From Clostridia bacterium (GTDB taxonomy: Bacteria > Bacillota > Clostridia > Christensenellales > Aristaeellaceae): 20,103 nt of DNA. The notes below the pieces were generated by a model. That model was not told the DNA's origin, searched no databases, and saw only the letters and a program-made list of their open reading frames with translations. The position numbers were made by a program, and so were the translations under genes. The stretch covers positions 9,273-29,375 of the forward strand of contig JAUNDF010000022.1 in NCBI GenBank assembly GCA_030526225.1, given 5' to 3'. Shown here piece by piece: positions 6,583-14,063 of this stretch; within the stretch, counting starts at the first letter, position 1; the number at the start of each line of letters is the position of its first letter.

Positions 6583-7505
6583 TGCGCCTTCGCCTCACGC
6601 TTCAGCCGCCGTTCTGCAAGATACTCATAGCCCTTGGCAGAGGCGTGAATGTCGCTGATGATGGTCACCCGATTGGCATCATACTGCCCGAAATTGCGAA
6701 TCAGACACCCGCCACCGCCCACAATCCACAGGCGCATGGTCTTGGGATCGTATTCGTGCTCGCGGAGCTTGCGCATGATTTCTGCCACATAGGCCGCGGC
6801 AGCATCACGAATCACCCGCACATACTCCGGGTCGATATCCGCGGTGCCCTCGCGCATCACCTGCTCAATGGCCACATCGGGCACCGTGCGGCCGCACAGA
6901 CGGGTCAGGGCTTCACGAGCCCGCAGCACGCACTGATGAGTGCCGTACTTCTCCGTGTAGCACTGGTCCGGCACGGGCTTGCGGTCGTTGATGCTCATGA
7001 CAATCATGGTGCCGTTGCCGATGTCGCAGAGCATGTTGGCTCCGGTGAACTTCTTCAGCTCGGGGATGACGGCGGAGTAGCCCTGGGCGTACACATCAAC
7101 GCCCACAATATCGATATGGTAGTCGATGCCCCGCCAGACGAAGTCCACATGGCGGTTTTGCCACAGATACGCCCGAAAGGCTTCCCGCTGATTGTCCACC
7201 CAGGTCAGGGGCAGGCCCACCGCCAGATGCACCGCCGCCGTGGTCATGCGGTTGTGCCACAGCTCCTGCCCGATGCCGGCCAGGGTCAGGATGTAGTGGT
7301 CCAGATTGCTCACCTTGTCCAGGGTGAATTCCCGGTGGCCTGCGCCGATGACATAGTACTTGCCATCGTAAATGAGCAGGTCGTGGGCATGGGCGGGTTC
7401 TGCGTCATAGCAGACCACGCTGGCCGGGAAGATGCCGTTGGCCGTCTTGATGTTGCCATAGCCGTTGTCCAGGCCGATGATGTGGATGTTGTTGAATGTT
7501 TTCAT
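6579..7505 (-). CDS. parM: ParM/StbA-family actin-like segregation ATPase
   Basis: The 308-aa product has the actin-fold phosphate-1 motif IGLDNGYGNIK near the N-terminus, then CDIGNGT and WIVGGGG motifs, as in ParM/StbA. RBS GAGG lies 8 nt upstream. Confidence 0.85.
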   Translation of the reverse strand: MKTFNNIHIIGLDNGYGNIKTANGIFPASVVCYDAEPAHAHDLLIYDGKYYVIGAGHREFTLDKVSNLDHYILTLAGIGQELWHNRMTTAAVHLAVGLPLTWVDNQREAFRAYLWQNRHVDFVWRGIDYHIDIVGVDVYAQGYSAVIPELKKFTGANMLCDIGNGTMIVMSINDRKPVPDQCYTEKYGTHQCVLRAREALTRLCGRTVPDVAIEQVMREGTADIDPEYVRVIRDAAAAYVAEIMRKLREHEYDPKTMRLWIVGGGGCLIRNFGQYDANRVTIISDIHASAKGYEYLAERRLKREAKAQ

Positions 7506-7550
7506 ATGGTTACCTCATTCTTTCTCCTGCGTTTGCAGGGTAAAATAATA

Positions 7551-7574
7551 GGCAGACAGCAATTGCCATCTGCC
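7551..7574. promoter_or_regulatory. Palindrome upstream of parM (candidate parC/operator)
   Basis: GGCAGAcagCAATTGccaTCTGCC has outer 6-bp arms and a central CAATTG that are self-complementary. It lies about 45 nt upstream of the parM start. Confidence 0.35.
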
Positions 7575-7635
7575 ATAGGGAAAAAACGGGAATCACAGGT
7601 GCACAATCAAGGGCACCACCTCCTTTCAAAAGGGC

Positions 7636-7668
7636 AAACAAAAACGCCAACGGATGATTCCGCAGGCG
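7636..7668 (-). terminator. Terminator-like hairpin in the parM leader (copy A of a duplicated 29-nt module)
   Basis: On the minus strand, CGCCTGCGGA-ATCA-TCCGTTGGCG is followed by TTTTTGTTTG. It lies about 25 nt downstream of the candidate promoter at 7701-7729 and is nearly identical to the hairpin at 8463-8486. Confidence 0.5.
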
Positions 7669-7700
7669 CTGCATGGTTTTTATCCACTTTTACATAATAC

Positions 7701-7729
7701 AGTATATCATGTCAAGAGCGTGCCATCAA
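7701..7729 (-). promoter_or_regulatory. Candidate promoter of the parM-parR operon
   Basis: On the minus strand: TTGATG (7724-7729), a 17-nt spacer, then TATACT (7701-7706). The -10 lies inside the palindrome ATACTGTAT. Confidence 0.4.
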
Positions 7730-7824
7730 CGTAATGATTCGTCAGGGAGTGTCGGCTGCTGTCAGTCGTTTGTCCGGCGTTGTCATCAGCTACGAGGACA
7801 GCTGGCCTGCGGTCTTATCAGCCG

Positions 7825-7868
7825 AAAAAAGCATAAGAAAAAGGAGCCTGATTTCGTCAGACTCCTTT
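7825..7868 (-). terminator. Rho-independent terminator of the sigma-like regulator gene
   Basis: On the minus strand, AAAGGAGUCUGA pairs with UCAGGCUCCUUU (12 bp with one G-U pair, loop cgaaa), followed by UUCUUAUGCUUUUUU. It lies about 40 nt after the stop at 7909. Confidence 0.7.
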
Positions 7869-7908
7869 ACCCATCCTCTGCATCATACAGTATAGCACAA
7901 GTTTTCTG

Positions 7909-8370
7909 TCAATTCATGTCACCGGCTGTCGCTTCCTGTCTGATTCTGTCACCAATTTCAACCTCCAGCAGCCGGTTCAGTTCTGCAAGTGCTCTGTCCT
8001 TCAGGGTGTAGACAAACTGCCGGGCGATGAATTCCTCCCGGGCGATGTCGGTGATGGTGCGCCCTTCCAGATAATGCTTCCGCAGAATGGCGGCGCCGTG
8101 GTTCGTGTTCAGCCTGCCCAGCATATCATCAATCTTGTTCAGAATCCGCGTCCGCTCGTTTTCCAGTCGATTGGCCTCGTCGGATGCTTCTACATAGCTG
8201 AGAATGGCTGTTTCTTGAACAGACACATCCAAAGTCCTCTGGACACCGCAGCGTTTGATGGATGCGGCAATCCTCTCCGCAGTCTCTCTGCAGCGGTCTT
8301 CCTTCATCCGCGCAGTGAGGAGCTTCTTGTTAATCACAACGCCTTCCGCCAGAAAATCCAATGCCAGCAT
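7909..8370 (-). CDS. Sigma-70 region-4-like HTH regulator (DUF1492/ArpU-like, analogous to regulators on Tn916-type elements and phages)
   Basis: The C-terminal AILRKHYLEGRTITDIAREEFIARQFVYTLKDRALAEL resembles a sigma region 4 HTH. I chose the start at 8368-8370 (MLALDFL), which has a G-rich RBS and a promoter just upstream. The longer ORF to 8559 would run through the promoter and terminator. Confidence 0.7.
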   Translation of the reverse strand: MLALDFLAEGVVINKKLLTARMKEDRCRETAERIAASIKRCGVQRTLDVSVQETAILSYVEASDEANRLENERTRILNKIDDMLGRLNTNHGAAILRKHYLEGRTITDIAREEFIARQFVYTLKDRALAELNRLLEVEIGDRIRQEATAGDMN

Positions 8371-8403
8371 CAACAACACCCCCCGAATAGCGTTCTTAAA
8401 AAG

Positions 8404-8450
8404 AGAACAAATGTTCTTGTTTATTATAGTGCTATTTGGGGATGGGGCAA
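8404..8450 (-). promoter_or_regulatory. Promoter with a Cheo-box-like palindromic operator
   Basis: On the minus strand: TTGCCC (8445-8450), a 16-nt spacer, then a perfect TATAAT (8423-8428). Five nt further downstream is the perfect 14-bp palindrome AGAACATTTGTTCT (8404-8417), which matches GAAC-N4-GTTC. Confidence 0.55.
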
Positions 8451-8452
8451 GG

Positions 8453-8486
8453 GAAAGAAAAACGCCGGCGGATGATTCCGCTGGCG
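8453..8486 (-). terminator. Rho-independent terminator of the AEC transporter gene (copy B of the duplicated hairpin module)
   Basis: On the minus strand, CGCCAGCGGA-ATCA-TCCGCCGGCG is followed by TTTTTCTTT. It lies 44 nt after the stop at 8531. Confidence 0.7.
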
Positions 8487-8530
8487 TGGGTGTGTATTTG
8501 CCGTCCTGAATCTGTTTGCCGGGCTGATTT

Positions 8531-9484
8531 TCACACTGCCAGCAATCCCATCTGCGCAAGGGAGAAAATCCAAACGAAGATGGTCAATACGCTGACCACC
8601 GTGCTGATAAACACAAACTGTCCCGCAAGCTCTCCGTCGCCGCCCATGTTTTTGGCCATGGGATAGGAGCCGGACGCAACAGGGGTGCCGAACACGACCA
8701 GAACCAGAAACAGTTCAACACCGCGGAGGCCAAGAATATATCCGATGGTTACAAGAATCAGCGGCAATATCAGCAGCTTGATGCTCAGTGTGGGCACAAT
8801 GTATTTCAGGTTTTTGCCGATTGCATTGAATTGCAGTGTCCCGCCCAGTGCAAACAAAGCAAGAGGCGAAGACATGTTTGCAAATGCTTTTATAGGTGTT
8901 TCAATGCTTTTAGGCAAATGGATGCCAAGCGCAAAGAAAACAATGCCGAAGAAGCAGCCCTGCAGCATCGGGTTTTTCATCAGCTTGATCAGCAGTGACT
9001 TGAATTCGATTTTTTGACTGCTGCCGTTGAACATTTCAAGAATCAGAACAGAGGTGATGTTGTAGATGGTAATTACCACCATAATCAGCATACCTGCCAC
9101 CGCTGCCTTTTCACTGCCGTAGATGGTGGTTGTCAGCGGGATGCCGAACAGCACAAAGTTCGACCTGAAGATTGCCTGGATAATCACACCGCGCCGGGGA
9201 TTTTCTTTTACAAGCCGGGGTACAATCAACAGCAGAATCCCCTCAACAATCAGGATGGCTGCTGCACAGAAAACGAGCAGCGTTGTTGAAGGCAGATTAT
9301 CAGGTGTCGCGCTATAAACGCTGTTGAAGGTCATAAACGGGAACATGATGGTAAACACAAGCTTCGTCAGCCGGTCCAGAAACTGCTTGTCCACAACACC
9401 GGCAGCGGCAGTGCCATAGCCCAAAGCCAGATAGCACAGGAATGGGATTACCGCGTTAACCGCTGTCAGAAAGCTCTCGAACAT
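8531..9484 (-). CDS. AEC (auxin efflux carrier) family transporter
   Basis: The 317-aa polytopic membrane protein has a typical AEC N-terminus (FLTAVNAVIPFLCYLALGY) and about 10 hydrophobic segments. RBS is AAGGAGGAG. Stop is TGA. Confidence 0.85.
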   Translation of the reverse strand: MFESFLTAVNAVIPFLCYLALGYGTAAAGVVDKQFLDRLTKLVFTIMFPFMTFNSVYSATPDNLPSTTLLVFCAAAILIVEGILLLIVPRLVKENPRRGVIIQAIFRSNFVLFGIPLTTTIYGSEKAAVAGMLIMVVITIYNITSVLILEMFNGSSQKIEFKSLLIKLMKNPMLQGCFFGIVFFALGIHLPKSIETPIKAFANMSSPLALFALGGTLQFNAIGKNLKYIVPTLSIKLLILPLILVTIGYILGLRGVELFLVLVVFGTPVASGSYPMAKNMGGDGELAGQFVFISTVVSVLTIFVWIFSLAQMGLLAV

Positions 9485-9499
9485 AAGCGCTCCTCCTTA

Positions 9500-9542
9500 C
9501 AGAAAAGAAGGCAGGCACATGCCGGAAAAGCATGCACCTGCC
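9500..9542 (-). terminator. Hairpin with T-tract between the RraA-like gene and the AEC gene (partial terminator/attenuator candidate)
   Basis: GGCAGG..CATGC (9510-9522) pairs with GCATG..CCTGCC (9530-9542) with a 2x2 internal mismatch. On the minus strand it is followed by TTCTTTTCT, directly before the AEC RBS. Confidence 0.45.
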
Positions 9543-9559
9543 CGGAAGAATCCTGCAGA

Positions 9560-10255
9560 TTATTTCATCATATCCAGCACCCACTGGGGAGCGAGCTGCG
9601 GCAGTTCTCCGCCTTCTGCTTTTGCCTTGCGATAGGCGGCAATGGTTTCATTGCGCTTGTTCTCGTAGGCAAGCTTCTTCTCGGCCTCGGCCAGAACGGT
9701 CTCAATATGTTCGACGGGAATTACGCAAACACCATCGGAATCGCCAACCACCAAATCACCGGGATTGACCTTTACGCCGGCGCACATGATAGGCGTGTTG
9801 ATGTTGCCTTCGTTCTTCTTGATGGGGCCCCGGGGCATAAAGCCCTTGCTGTATACGGGGAAGTTCAGGTCAATGTTGCCGTCACGGTCGCGGGTGCAGC
9901 CATCGATGACCATGCCCTCAAAGCCAACAGCCTGACAGGCGCCCATAATCAGATCGCCGAAGTAAGCGCGGCCTTCATAGCCCTTGCCATCGATGACCAT
10001 GACATAGCCTTCAGCCTGAAAACTGTAGCTGGCCACATGGATGGGGAAATTGTCGCCATTGTCCGTCTCAACTGTCAAGGCGGTACCGACAACGGTCATG
10101 CCGCGTTCAACAGGCATAACAGCCATGTCCATGCAGCCGTCGTTGAGAATGTCCAGCTTGGCAGCCTTCACACCGTCCAGCAGCAGCGGTACATTCAGTT
10201 TCTTGGCCCGTTCAATAATATCCGCACTCAGCAGCGGAGCACATGCATTAATCAT
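9560..10255 (-). CDS. RraA / 4-hydroxy-4-methyl-2-oxoglutarate aldolase-oxaloacetate decarboxylase family protein
   Basis: GDLIMGACQAVGFEGMVIDGCTRD matches the RraA/HMG-aldolase core (DG-x-x-RD). I chose the start at 10253-10255 (MINACAPLL), which overlaps the permease stop as ATGA. The upstream extension to 10396 is Arg/Cys-rich and is rejected. Confidence 0.8.
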   Translation of the reverse strand: MINACAPLLSADIIERAKKLNVPLLLDGVKAAKLDILNDGCMDMAVMPVERGMTVVGTALTVETDNGDNFPIHVASYSFQAEGYVMVIDGKGYEGRAYFGDLIMGACQAVGFEGMVIDGCTRDRDGNIDLNFPVYSKGFMPRGPIKKNEGNINTPIMCAGVKVNPGDLVVGDSDGVCVIPVEHIETVLAEAEKKLAYENKRNETIAAYRKAKAEGGELPQLAPQWVLDMMK

Positions 10256-12177
10256 TTCGTCAGAACCTCTTTCTTTACTGTTTTTGCAGCCAAAACGAGA
10301 ATGCCGCCGACAATCAGCAGACCTGCAGCGTTCAGAAGGAGGGGCTCCTTCACCAGCAGCATCACACCGCCGGCAACCAGTGCTGCCCGCTCCCATATCT
10401 TCAGGTCACGCTTGAACCAGCCGAACAGACCAAAGGCCATACCGGCACAGCCAATGGCAGCGGTTACCAGACAGAAGATAACCATGGGGCTGAAGCCGAA
10501 GGTGTTGGCAGCCACATCATAGCAAAGCAGTTCAGTGTTATACAGGAATACGAAAGGAATTACAAAACCGGAGATTGCCAGCTTGATCGCCTGGAAACCG
10601 GTTTTCCACATGTCGCCGCCCGATATGCCGATGGCGGCAAAAACCGCAAGTGCAACAGGCGGAGTAATGGCAGCCACCACACCGTAGTACAGCACAAACA
10701 TATGCGCGGAAATGGTTGCCACGCCAAGGCTGATCATGGCAGGTGCTACCAGCACGCTCAGCACGATGTAGCAGGCGGAGGTAGGCAGGCCCATGCCCAG
10801 AATGATGCACACAAATGCAGTCAGCAAGCCCATGAAGAAGATGTTGCCGCCGGAAATGGTGGTAATCAGGCCGGAGATGCTCAGGCCCAGACCGGTCTTA
10901 TTGATGGCGCCAACAATCACGCCGGCAATCATGCAGGCGATGGACACGCTCATGATGCTCTTTGCAGAGGAAATGCACAGATTCATCAGATTCTTGGGCG
11001 TGAACTTCTTCGGGTCCTTCATCAGGCCGATGACAACGCACAGGCCGATGGTAATCAGTGCAGCGCGCTGGGTGGACAGGCCAATGACCATCAACACAAT
11101 CAGGACCACGATGGGGCTGAAGTAATACCAGCCTTCCTTGAAAATCTGACCGACTGTTTTTGCATTGGGGTCAGGCTCCTGAACCGGGATATGGTTCTTA
11201 TGAGCATAAGAGAAAATGGAAACAGAGAGCGTAAGGTAATACAGCACTGCGGGCAGGAGTGCAGCCAGACAGATGGTGGTGTAGGGCAGATTGGTTGCCT
11301 GTGCCATCAGGAATGCAACGGCACCCATAACCGGGGGCATAATCTGACCGCCATTGGATGCAACGGCTTCTACCGCACCGGCTGTGTCTTTGTCAAAACC
11401 GGTTTTCTTCATCAGCGGTATGGTAAAGGTACCGGTCGTTACTACGTTAGCAGCACCGGAGCCGTTTACCATGCCCATCAGCATGCTGGAATACACAGCA
11501 GCCTGAGCAGGACCGCCGCATACACGGCCAAAGGCTGCGAAGGAGATATCCACAAAGAATTCGCCGGCACCGATGAAATTGAGCATGGAGCCGAAAATGA
11601 CGAACAAGAATATGAAATTGGCCGCCGTACTCAAAGCACTGCCAAACAAGCCTTCGTCACCGACGACCAGATACTTGGCAAAGTTGTTCATCTTAACCGG
11701 CGCAGTCCGGAAGGGCTCCGGCAGGTACTTGCCGACCAGTGTATAGATGAAGAAAACAAGTGCCAGAGTAGGAAGCACGGGACCCAGTGCCCTGTAGGCA
11801 ATAATCACTGCAACGGCAATGAAAATCTGGCAAATCAGGTACTGATAATCCGAAACCTTTGCCGAATTGGTATTGCGCATTTTGTATGCTTCCAATGCGA
11901 CCAGGATGGTTAATACAATCAGAACAACATCCACGACACGGGAGAGGGTCGACTTGGCCTTCACATGCTTTCCCTTGAATTTCAGGGGCTTTACAAGCAG
12001 GAAGAATGCAATAATCAGGGAGCCATGCACAATCGCCTGGGTGGTGTTGTTCAGCGTCAGCACAGGCGAGGCTGCCAGCAGATGGAACAGGCAAAGCACT
12101 ACTGCTACCACAACGGAAAGCACGTAGGCGGCCTTCTCCGTACCGCTGCCATGGATTCTGGCTTCGGTTTCGCTCAT
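10252..12177 (-). CDS. TRAP transporter fused permease (TAXI-type, DctQM-like)
   Basis: The 641-aa highly hydrophobic protein is typical in length and architecture of the fused permeases that partner TAXI binding proteins. RBS GGAGGAA lies 7 nt upstream. Confidence 0.9.
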   Translation of the reverse strand: MSETEARIHGSGTEKAAYVLSVVVAVVLCLFHLLAASPVLTLNNTTQAIVHGSLIIAFFLLVKPLKFKGKHVKAKSTLSRVVDVVLIVLTILVALEAYKMRNTNSAKVSDYQYLICQIFIAVAVIIAYRALGPVLPTLALVFFIYTLVGKYLPEPFRTAPVKMNNFAKYLVVGDEGLFGSALSTAANFIFLFVIFGSMLNFIGAGEFFVDISFAAFGRVCGGPAQAAVYSSMLMGMVNGSGAANVVTTGTFTIPLMKKTGFDKDTAGAVEAVASNGGQIMPPVMGAVAFLMAQATNLPYTTICLAALLPAVLYYLTLSVSIFSYAHKNHIPVQEPDPNAKTVGQIFKEGWYYFSPIVVLIVLMVIGLSTQRAALITIGLCVVIGLMKDPKKFTPKNLMNLCISSAKSIMSVSIACMIAGVIVGAINKTGLGLSISGLITTISGGNIFFMGLLTAFVCIILGMGLPTSACYIVLSVLVAPAMISLGVATISAHMFVLYYGVVAAITPPVALAVFAAIGISGGDMWKTGFQAIKLAISGFVIPFVFLYNTELLCYDVAANTFGFSPMVIFCLVTAAIGCAGMAFGLFGWFKRDLKIWERAALVAGGVMLLVKEPLLLNAAGLLIVGGILVLAAKTVKKEVLTK

Positions 12178-12261
12178 TCTCTGTTCCTCCGTTTTTAATG
12201 ATGGGAGACCCGATTGCTCGAGTCCCCCGTTTCAGCATCAGATTCAGTTATTTGAATGCAA

Positions 12262-13230
12262 TCAATCAGTAATCAGACCGATTTCACGATAGTAACGCTC
12301 TGCACCGGGGTTGAAGGGAATGATGGGCGTTGCGATAGTCTCGGTGGAAATCTGGCGGGTAGCGGCGTTGGTATCAATGTAGGTGGGCAGGGTTTCCATC
12401 ATCAGCTTGCAGAAAGCGTAGATCTGATCGTCATCCACATTGGAGGAGCAGAACAGGCAGGTCAGATAGGACAGGGTCATCACAGAATCTTCGTTTGCCT
12501 GATTCTCATAGGTGCCGGCAGGAATCTCGCTCTTGATGGCAAAGGGATACTCGGCAATGATCGCATCGCAAACTTCTTCGCTGACGGGCAGCATACGGAA
12601 GCTGGTGGTAGCGGCATACTGCTGAATGCCGGCAATGGGATAGCCGCCGGTCTGGAAGGCAGCGTCAATGTCGCCGTTGGCCAGTGCTTCTGCAGCCTCG
12701 GCATAGTTCATGTAGAAGGGAGTGATGTCATCCAGGGTGATGCCATAGGCAGCCAGGATTGCTTCGTCGATGAACAGATAGCTGGTGCCCTGAGAGCCTA
12801 CGCAAACCTTCTTGCCCTTCAGCTCGGAGATGTCATTGATGCCGCTGTTGGCATTAACGAACACATGCAGCTGGGACTGATACAGCGCGGCAACTTCCTG
12901 AATGTCCTGAGCGCCGTCGTTTGCATAGGTCATGGTGCCGGTGTATGCGCCATACAGGGCGTCACTGTTGCCCATGCCAATCTGAATGTCGCCGGACTGT
13001 ACCAGCTGTACGTTTTCACCGGAGCCGGCAGTTGCCTGCACCCAAACCTTCAGCTTGCCTGCTTCAGAAACAGCATTGCCGATGGCGGCGCCAACATAGT
13101 AGAAAGTACCGGTGGAGGAAGCAGTGCCGAGCACCAGGTCGCCGGAAACGCTGTAAGCATCAACCTCGGCAAAGGCAACGGAGGACAGCAGCATGGCAAT
13201 AGCCAGCAGGGCAGCAAAGAACTTTTTCAT
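12262..13230 (-). CDS. TAXI-family TRAP transporter solute-binding protein
   Basis: It has a signal peptide (MKKFFAALLAIAMLLSSVAFA) followed by LGTASSTGTFYYVGAAIGNAV...SGENVQLVQSGDIQIG, as in TAXI (immunogenic-protein type) receptors. RBS is AAAGGAGAA. Confidence 0.9.
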   Translation of the reverse strand: MKKFFAALLAIAMLLSSVAFAEVDAYSVSGDLVLGTASSTGTFYYVGAAIGNAVSEAGKLKVWVQATAGSGENVQLVQSGDIQIGMGNSDALYGAYTGTMTYANDGAQDIQEVAALYQSQLHVFVNANSGINDISELKGKKVCVGSQGTSYLFIDEAILAAYGITLDDITPFYMNYAEAAEALANGDIDAAFQTGGYPIAGIQQYAATTSFRMLPVSEEVCDAIIAEYPFAIKSEIPAGTYENQANEDSVMTLSYLTCLFCSSNVDDDQIYAFCKLMMETLPTYIDTNAATRQISTETIATPIIPFNPGAERYYREIGLITD

Positions 13231-13299
13231 GACAAAATTCTCCTTTTCTATTTTTTCACCTGAAACACACGTTCAGGGTGAACTCCGTTTTGTAAGATT

Positions 13300-14040
13300 T
13301 TATACCAGCTCTTCGCCGGCAACCGGGAAGAAGTTGGAGAAGCACTCACCGTACTTGTAGGTCTGATTACCGGAAATGCGGCGCAGGTGATTGCCGCGCA
13401 GGAAGGCGCGCTCGGTGTAGTATTCAATCAGATGATTCTGAGCCTTGAAGCACTTCATGGCTGCCACCTTCTGTTCATACACCTCGGAAATATCAACCAG
13501 TTCACCGGGCACGAATTTGCTCAGCTCTGTCTGATGGGGCTCAAAGCCAAACAGGCGCATCTGCTTGGTCGTCTTGGTGCCTTCAATGCGAACACCGTTG
13601 GAGTTGGACTGAATGCTGCACTCAAACACAAAGCGGCTTACGGCGTTGTGGTCGGGGTTCAGCACATCCTCGCCCATCTTATCGTGGGTCAGGATGATGT
13701 CGGGGCGTACTTCGCGAATCTTGCGAATCAGGCGCTCGCGAACATTCTCATCCAGCGCGGGAGCCATGGGATAATCGGGCAGATCCCAGAACTCAATGTT
13801 CTTGATGCCCAGGATTTCGGCTGCTGCAGTTGTTTCTGCCAGACGTTCTGCCTTAACGCTTTCGGCGGTTGCGCCTTCCTTCTTCCACAGGTCGTTGCTT
13901 TCGCCGCGAATGCCAAAGCTGAGCACCACCACATGCACATCAGCGCCGTGTTTAATGTACTTGGCAATTACACCGCCTGCACGCCACACATAGTCTGCAG
14001 CATGTGCGCTGACCACCAGTACCTTCTTGCCTTCAATCAT
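13300..14040 (-). CDS. PIG-L/LmbE-family deacetylase
   Basis: The N-terminus VLVVSAHAADYVWRAGG is a variant of the AHPDD motif. DIILTHD and NPDHNAV motifs follow. The 246-aa length fits the family. RBS is GGAGGAA. Confidence 0.8.
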   Translation of the reverse strand: MIEGKKVLVVSAHAADYVWRAGGVIAKYIKHGADVHVVVLSFGIRGESNDLWKKEGATAESVKAERLAETTAAAEILGIKNIEFWDLPDYPMAPALDENVRERLIRKIREVRPDIILTHDKMGEDVLNPDHNAVSRFVFECSIQSNSNGVRIEGTKTTKQMRLFGFEPHQTELSKFVPGELVDISEVYEQKVAAMKCFKAQNHLIEYYTERAFLRGNHLRRISGNQTYKYGECFSNFFPVAGEELV

Positions 14041-14063
14041 CGCTCATTCCTCCAAATCTTATA

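Larger units (their letters stand above)
2530..8460. mobile_element. Integrative mobilizable element (Tn916-family int/xis, MobV relaxase, ParM/ParR-like partition pair, sigma-like regulator); boundaries approximate
   Basis: A contiguous minus-strand block of mobility genes sits between housekeeping-type genes (LMW-PTP on the left, AEC transporter on the right). No T4SS or coupling-protein genes are present. The exact ends were not identified. Tn916-type recombination does not create a target duplication, so flanking direct repeats are not expected. Confidence 0.6.

Noticed and set aside
6561-7697. A 378-aa plus-strand ORF
   Set aside because: It is antisense to parM and the ParR-like gene. 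The product is His/Ala/Gly-rich with no RBS or motif.
7641-8487. The duplicated 29-nt hairpin as attL/attR of the element
   Set aside because: The two copies bracket only the sigma-like gene, not the integrase end, and both are positioned as hairpin terminators. Tn916-type integration does not generate direct repeats. It is kept as a finding, but not as att sites.
2530-8530. Flanking direct repeats or a tRNA target that would define the element ends
   Set aside because: I compared the left junction (2530-2712) by eye with 7506-7908 and 8371-8530 and found no shared stretch of useful length. The boundaries are therefore given only approximately.
10702-13263. Plus-strand ORFs of 403 aa (10702-11913) and 335 aa (12256-13263)
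   Set aside because: They are antisense to the TRAP permease and the TAXI binding protein. Their hydrophilic, Gly/His/Asn-rich composition is typical of the reverse complement of membrane or secreted protein genes.
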